A DNA stretch of 64,000 nucleotides from positions 2,532,391 to 2,596,390 of the forward strand of contig OY970330.1 of assembly GCA_963717295.1 (NCBI GenBank). Reading direction: 5' to 3'. Origin of the DNA: Thermoanaerobaculaceae bacterium. Its GTDB lineage: Bacteria > Acidobacteriota > Thermoanaerobaculia > Multivoradales > UBA5704. The notes beneath the pieces are model-generated. The model had not been told where the DNA came from, did no database searches, and worked only from the letters and a program-made list of their open reading frames with translations. Positions 60,104 through 64,000 of the stretch are shown in pieces. How positions within the stretch are numbered: the first letter of the stretch is position 1; the number at the start of each line of letters is the position of its first letter. Position numbers and translations under genes: made by a program.

Positions 60104-60375
60104 ATGGCTCAGGTCGTCTTCGAATTTCCCCCCACCGTCTTTTCGGCCCTGCGTAAAGCCCCGAGGAGTTCGCCACCGAGATGAAGCTGGCGGCGGCGAT
60201 CCATTGGTACTCTCAGGGACTGGTCTCCCAGGGCAAGGCAGCCGAGATCGCGGGGGTGAGTCGCGCTGATTTCCTGGAAGAGCTGTTCCAGCGAAAGATT
60301 CCCGCCGTCCAGGTCTCGATCGAAGAGCTTCGCGAGGAGCTTCGGCGTGGCGAGGCCCTCCCGCCTATCGGATAG
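60104..60375 (+). pseudogene. UPF0175-family antitoxin, apparently split by a 1-nt frameshift; no toxin partner
   Basis: MAQVVFEFPPTVFSALRKAP (ATG 60104) runs into a stop at 60182. EEFATEMKLAAAIHWYSQGLVSQGKAAEIAGVSRADFLEEL... continues in another frame (ATG 60181). One extra G at ~60163 would fuse them into a ~90-aa UPF0175-like protein. Confidence 0.5.
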
Positions 60376-60482
60376 CCCAGAACCTCACCCACGGTGACCC
60401 CGGTTTTGCCTCGACAGACGTCCGACGCCACGCTGCAAGGCGAGGCCCCTGCAACCCGCCTAGCCAAGATCGCAGAGCCCAG

Positions 60483-60952
60483 CTTCGGCCAGGAGCCGCA
60501 AATATTCCAAAAATTGCCGCAAACATCCAACGGCCCAAGGTTCCCGACGAAAAAGCAGCCGCAACTACCTCACCAAAAGCCGCAAATACTCGGGCCCCAA
60601 CGGTCTAAGTCGCAAATTATGTCGCAAATAGCGGACGAGCAGCGGTCGCCATGAGAGCAGCCGCAGCCACTACCGGAAGATTTGCGGCTTCTTGCGACCT
60701 ATTTGCGGCTGCTTCGCTCCAATTTGCGGCTACTCATCCACCATTTGCGGCTGCTCGCCTATTATTTGCGTCTATTCGTCGGCCGGCGATGCTTGCTTGT
60801 TGGCCATTTGCGGCTGCTCGTGAGGCAGCTGCGGCTGCTCTCGCTTGAGCATTCATTGCTCTTGTGGCATTTGCGGCTGCTGGCCCTCCAGTTGCGTCTT
60901 CTCTAGTGGATTTTGCGGCTGCTGGAGGGCTATTTGCGGCTTCTGGCAGGGA
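60483..60952. repeat. 21-bp-phased ATTTGCGGCTGCT repeat array in two inverted arms (iteron/centromere-like)
   Basis: The right arm has 13 consecutive 21-nt units starting at 60680 (core present in 11). The left arm has 7 units on the opposite strand, with cores ending at 60503, 60524, 60566, 60587 and 60629, plus an off-phase copy at 60609..60617. A ~50-bp centre separates the arms. Confidence 0.85.
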
Positions 60953-61032
60953 GGTCGCGACTTTCGTCCGCAGAGAACGCATCCGCCGAGATCCGGCGGT
61001 TTCAGGTAGGATTTCCCCCAGGTCGAACCTCT

Positions 61033-64000
61033 ATGCGCCTCCCTCTCCGCACAAGGCTCCCATGTCTCCTCGCCTGGGTCCTCCTGCTCGCCTTTGCGAC
61101 CGGCGGGACGGCGCTCTTCGCTTCCGGCGAGGAGCGCGGATTTCCCCTCATTCAGGCGTACGACCCGGGTCTTCCGGATGCCGAGACCCAGAACTTCGCC
61201 ATCGCGCGCGATCCCCGGGGCTTCGTCTACGTAGGCAACGGCCGCGGCGTCCTGGTCTATGACGGCGCCTGGTGGCGGCTGATCCCGATCGGCAAGGCGA
61301 AGACGGTCTTCTCTCTCGCCAGCGATGCGCGGGGACGGATCGGCGTCGGCGGCGACGACGAGCTTGGCTACCTGGCTCCCGACGGCGGCGGCAGCCTGCG
61401 CTACGTCTCGCTCGTGGGACAGCTCCCTGCCGGCCAGCGGGCGTTTGGACAGGTTCTGCGGACGGCGGCCACGGAGACGGGTTTCGCCTTCATCACCACG
61501 CGGTGGCTCTTCCTTTGGGATGGCGCCCGGATGATCACCGCGGCCACGTTCCCCGGCGACCGGCCGTACGCGGTGATCTTTCCCATGGACGACGCCGTCC
61601 TCGCCTGGACCCGCGCCGGGATCGCCCGCCTGAAAGGCACCCGGCTCGAACCCGTGCCGGGCGGCGAGGTGTTTCGCGACCGGCGGGTCGATCTCATCCT
61701 CCCCGCCCCCTCGGCCGGCAGCGGGCTGCTCGTCTCCGTCCGCGGCGAAGGGCTCTTCCTTCTCAAGGACGGACAGGCGCGGCCGTTCGCCGCCGCGGCG
61801 TCACGGTGGGCCGCCGAGAAGAAGCTCCTGGAAGGCGTCCGGCTACCCGACGGCCGGTGGGCCCTGGGCTCGATCCTCGGCGGCGTGCTCCTGCTGCGGC
61901 CCGACGGCACGGTGGATCAGGTGATCGACACCTCGGTCGGCCTGGCGGACAACTTCGTGAACGGCGCGATCGTCGATCGCGAAGGCTCGCTGTGGCTGGC
62001 TTTGAACAACGGTCTCGCACGGATCGAGGTCGCTTCTCCGCTCTCGGTCATCGACCGCCGGTCCGGGCTGGAGGGGAGCGTCTACGCGGTGACCCGCCAT
62101 CTCGGAAAGCTTTGGGCCGCCACCGCCGCCGGTCTATTCACCACCGAGGGCACCGAGCGCGCCGCGGACGACCCCAAGACGCCGGAATGGGGGCTTCCGG
62201 TTCGACTGCGAGCCGTGCCCGGGCCTCCCCCCTCGGTGTGGAGCCTGCTGTCCGTGGACCAGGATCTTCTGGTGGGAACGGCTTACGGCCCTTATCTGGT
62301 CCGTGGCACCACGGCCCAGGCGTTGGCCGGCGTCGGCCAGAAGACCGTGTTCGTCCTGACGCGCTCGCGCCGGAACCCGGACCGCGTCTGGGTGGGAACC
62401 TCGGAAGGGCTCGGCGCCCTTCGGCGTGATGGAGCGGAGTGGCGATTCGAAGGCATGGTCCCCGGAATGACTCAGGACATCCGCTCGATCGAGGAAGGCG
62501 AGAACGGAGTCCTCTGGTGCGCGACGCGGCTCGACGGACTGTGGCGAGTCGAGCTCGACTCCCGCACCCTGGATCGGCCTGCACGGTTGCTCCAGGTCCC
62601 CGGAGGAGACGGCGTTCATCTGAACCGAATCGGCAGCCACATCCTGGCGGCGACCGGCGAGAAGGTGCTGCGGCTCGACGAGACGAAAGGCCGGCTCGTG
62701 GACGACCCCAGCCTCGCCGGCATGCACGGCAAGGTCAACTCTCTCGCCGAGGACGCCGCCGGCAACGTCTGGATGGCCTCTCGCCAGCCGGCCCTCGCCC
62801 TGCGCCAGGGGGTGGGATGGGCGGCCGAGCCGCGCTCGCTCGTCGAGGTGCCGGGGCATTCCGTGCTGGCGATCGTCACCGAGCCGGACGGCGTCGTCTG
62901 GCTGTGCGGCGACGACGGGCTGTATCGCTACGCCGGCACCTCCCACCTTAACGCTCAGGCCCTGCCGGCTCCGCCCCTCGCCCAGGTGACGTCCAGCGGC
63001 GACAAGCTCCTCTTCGGCGGCGCCCCCGGCGTCGCTCCGAAGGCCGTGGACCTGCCGCCCTACCTGCGGCGCCTGCGCATCGAGTTCGCGCCTCTCTCCT
63101 TCCGCGCCGGCCTGCGCTTCCAGACCCGGCTCGAGCCGATCGACGCCGGCTGGAGCGGTCCCACGGCGGAGCCTTTCGCCGAGCTGACGCGGCTGCCTCC
63201 AGGCGCGTACACCTTCCACGTGCGCACCTCGGGGCCGAGCGGCGAGGTCGGGCCGGCGACGTCATGGTCGTTTCGCGTCCTCTCGCCCTGGTATCAGACG
63301 CGGTGGGCCCTCGCCGGCTGGATCGCCCTCGCGATCGCCGCCCTCACCGGCTACGCCCGCCTGCGCGGCCGCGCCCTGCGTCAGCGGGCGGTACGGCTGG
63401 AGGCCCGGGTCGCCGAGCAGACGGTCGAGCTGCGCAACACGGTCGAGGAGCTCCAGCACGCTCACGCCGGGCTGGCCTCGGCGAACGCCCGGCTGGAGGA
63501 GCTGTCGCTGCGCGACGAGCTCACCGGCCTCGCCAACCGCCGGCACCTCAAGCAGGTGCTGGAGGCGGAGTGGGACCGCTCCCAGCGGCAGGGGGCGCCG
63601 CTCGGCTTCATCCTCCTGGATCTCGATTTCTTCAAGCGGCTGAACGACACCCGCGGCCACCGCGAGGGGGACCGCTGCCTCCAGGCTGTATCCCGCCACC
63701 TCGCCGAGGCGCTGAAGCGGCCGGGCGATCTGGCGGCCCGCTACGGCGGCGAGGAGCTGGCGGTGCTGCTCCCCTACACCGATCTGAAGGGCGCCCTGGA
63801 GGTGGCCGAGCAGCTCCGCGACGGCATCGAGCGGCTGGCGATCCCTCACGAAGCCGCGCCGCTGGGCCATGTCACCGCCAGCTTCGGCGTTGCCACCGTG
63901 ATCCCGGCTCCCGGCCAGGAGCCGGGGGTCCTCATCGAGGCCGCGGACCTCGCCCTCTACCGGGCCAAGACGGCGGGAAGGAACCGGGTCCGGGCCGCCG
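61033..64000 (+). CDS. sensor diguanylate cyclase: periplasmic beta-propeller (Reg_prop-like) + Y_Y_Y + TM + coiled coil + GGDEF, 3'-partial
   Basis: Frame 1 is open from ATG 61033 to the window end, so it is absent from the ORF track. Signal peptide, TM helix WALAGWIALAIAALTGY, and a GGDEF domain (DELTGLANRR ... RYGGEELAVLLP ... LYRAKTAGRNRV). The active-site motif reads GGEEL. Confidence 0.8.
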   Translation, partial: MRLPLRTRLPCLLAWVLLLAFATGGTALFASGEERGFPLIQAYDPGLPDAETQNFAIARDPRGFVYVGNGRGVLVYDGAWWRLIPIGKAKTVFSLASDARGRIGVGGDDELGYLAPDGGGSLRYVSLVGQLPAGQRAFGQVLRTAATETGFAFITTRWLFLWDGARMITAATFPGDRPYAVIFPMDDAVLAWTRAGIARLKGTRLEPVPGGEVFRDRRVDLILPAPSAGSGLLVSVRGEGLFLLKDGQARPFAAAASRWAAEKKLLEGVRLPDGRWALGSILGGVLLLRPDGTVDQVIDTSVGLADNFVNGAIVDREGSLWLALNNGLARIEVASPLSVIDRRSGLEGSVYAVTRHLGKLWAATAAGLFTTEGTERAADDPKTPEWGLPVRLRAVPGPPPSVWSLLSVDQDLLVGTAYGPYLVRGTTAQALAGVGQKTVFVLTRSRRNPDRVWVGTSEGLGALRRDGAEWRFEGMVPGMTQDIRSIEEGENGVLWCATRLDGLWRVELDSRTLDRPARLLQVPGGDGVHLNRIGSHILAATGEKVLRLDETKGRLVDDPSLAGMHGKVNSLAEDAAGNVWMASRQPALALRQGVGWAAEPRSLVEVPGHSVLAIVTEPDGVVWLCGDDGLYRYAGTSHLNAQALPAPPLAQVTSSGDKLLFGGAPGVAPKAVDLPPYLRRLRIEFAPLSFRAGLRFQTRLEPIDAGWSGPTAEPFAELTRLPPGAYTFHVRTSGPSGEVGPATSWSFRVLSPWYQTRWALAGWIALAIAALTGYARLRGRALRQRAVRLEARVAEQTVELRNTVEELQHAHAGLASANARLEELSLRDELTGLANRRHLKQVLEAEWDRSQRQGAPLGFILLDLDFFKRLNDTRGHREGDRCLQAVSRHLAEALKRPGDLAARYGGEELAVLLPYTDLKGALEVAEQLRDGIERLAIPHEAAPLGHVTASFGVATVIPAPGQEPGVLIEAADLALYRAKTAGRNRVRAA

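Noticed and set aside
60682-60906. 74-aa ORF translating the array as LRLLxxx heptads (and 60394..60654 as xPQIxxx)
   Set aside because: There is no RBS. TTG-Leu codon usage is atypical for this genome. The e/f/g positions are implausible for a coiled coil, and the same repeat on the other arm is not open in the equivalent frame. I kept it only as an alternative hypothesis in the finding.
60483-60952. Possibility that the 21-bp array is a CRISPR array
   Set aside because: The units have a 13-nt conserved core and only 8 variable nt, far below CRISPR repeat and spacer sizes. The array has two inverted arms, and there are no cas genes in the window.

Overview
This is a GC-rich bacterial chromosomal segment (roughly two-thirds G+C by eye). 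The gene content (BNR/Asp-box proteins, carboxypeptidase-regulatory-like repeat proteins, a TPR Ser/Thr kinase) and the intergenic repeat families suggest an Acidobacteriota-like organism, but that is inference only. I support about 50 protein genes. From left to right: an ECF sigma / anti-sigma / Spy-CpxP / BNR operon; a kdp locus on the minus strand (OM beta-barrel, 35-aa ORF, kdpF-A-B-C, a kinase-less kdpD, mscS) with a separate upstream regulatory operon (PSD-like decarboxylase, KdpD-C-like kinase, YgiT zinc finger, KdpE-like regulator, HAMP kinase); a 1358-aa multi-CarboxypepD_reg protein; peptidase genes (DUF4344, DUF885, PD40-M28-PDZ); an S1-domain protein; thiC with a TPP riboswitch; a lower-GC insertion holding a Uma2-type nuclease behind a second, diverged TPP-riboswitch copy plus a Septu-like PtuA/PtuB pair; pheA; a PPC-BNR protein; KAS+ACP+SLT; a Ser/Thr kinase / FHA-EBP pair upstream of a -24/-12 promoter that drives an orphan secreted protein; xerD (start problem at a C6 run); a LeuA-like/IPMDH-like pair; and a mosaic accessory end. 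That end contains a low-GC orphan gene, PhyH, a MITE-like element, a frameshifted UPF0175 antitoxin, and a strictly 21-bp-phased inverted repeat array just upstream of a partial propeller-GGDEF gene. I recognised no rRNA, tRNA or CRISPR. Many long ORFs in the track are antisense or alternate-frame shadows typical of high-GC DNA. All family calls come from motif recognition by eye, not from searches.
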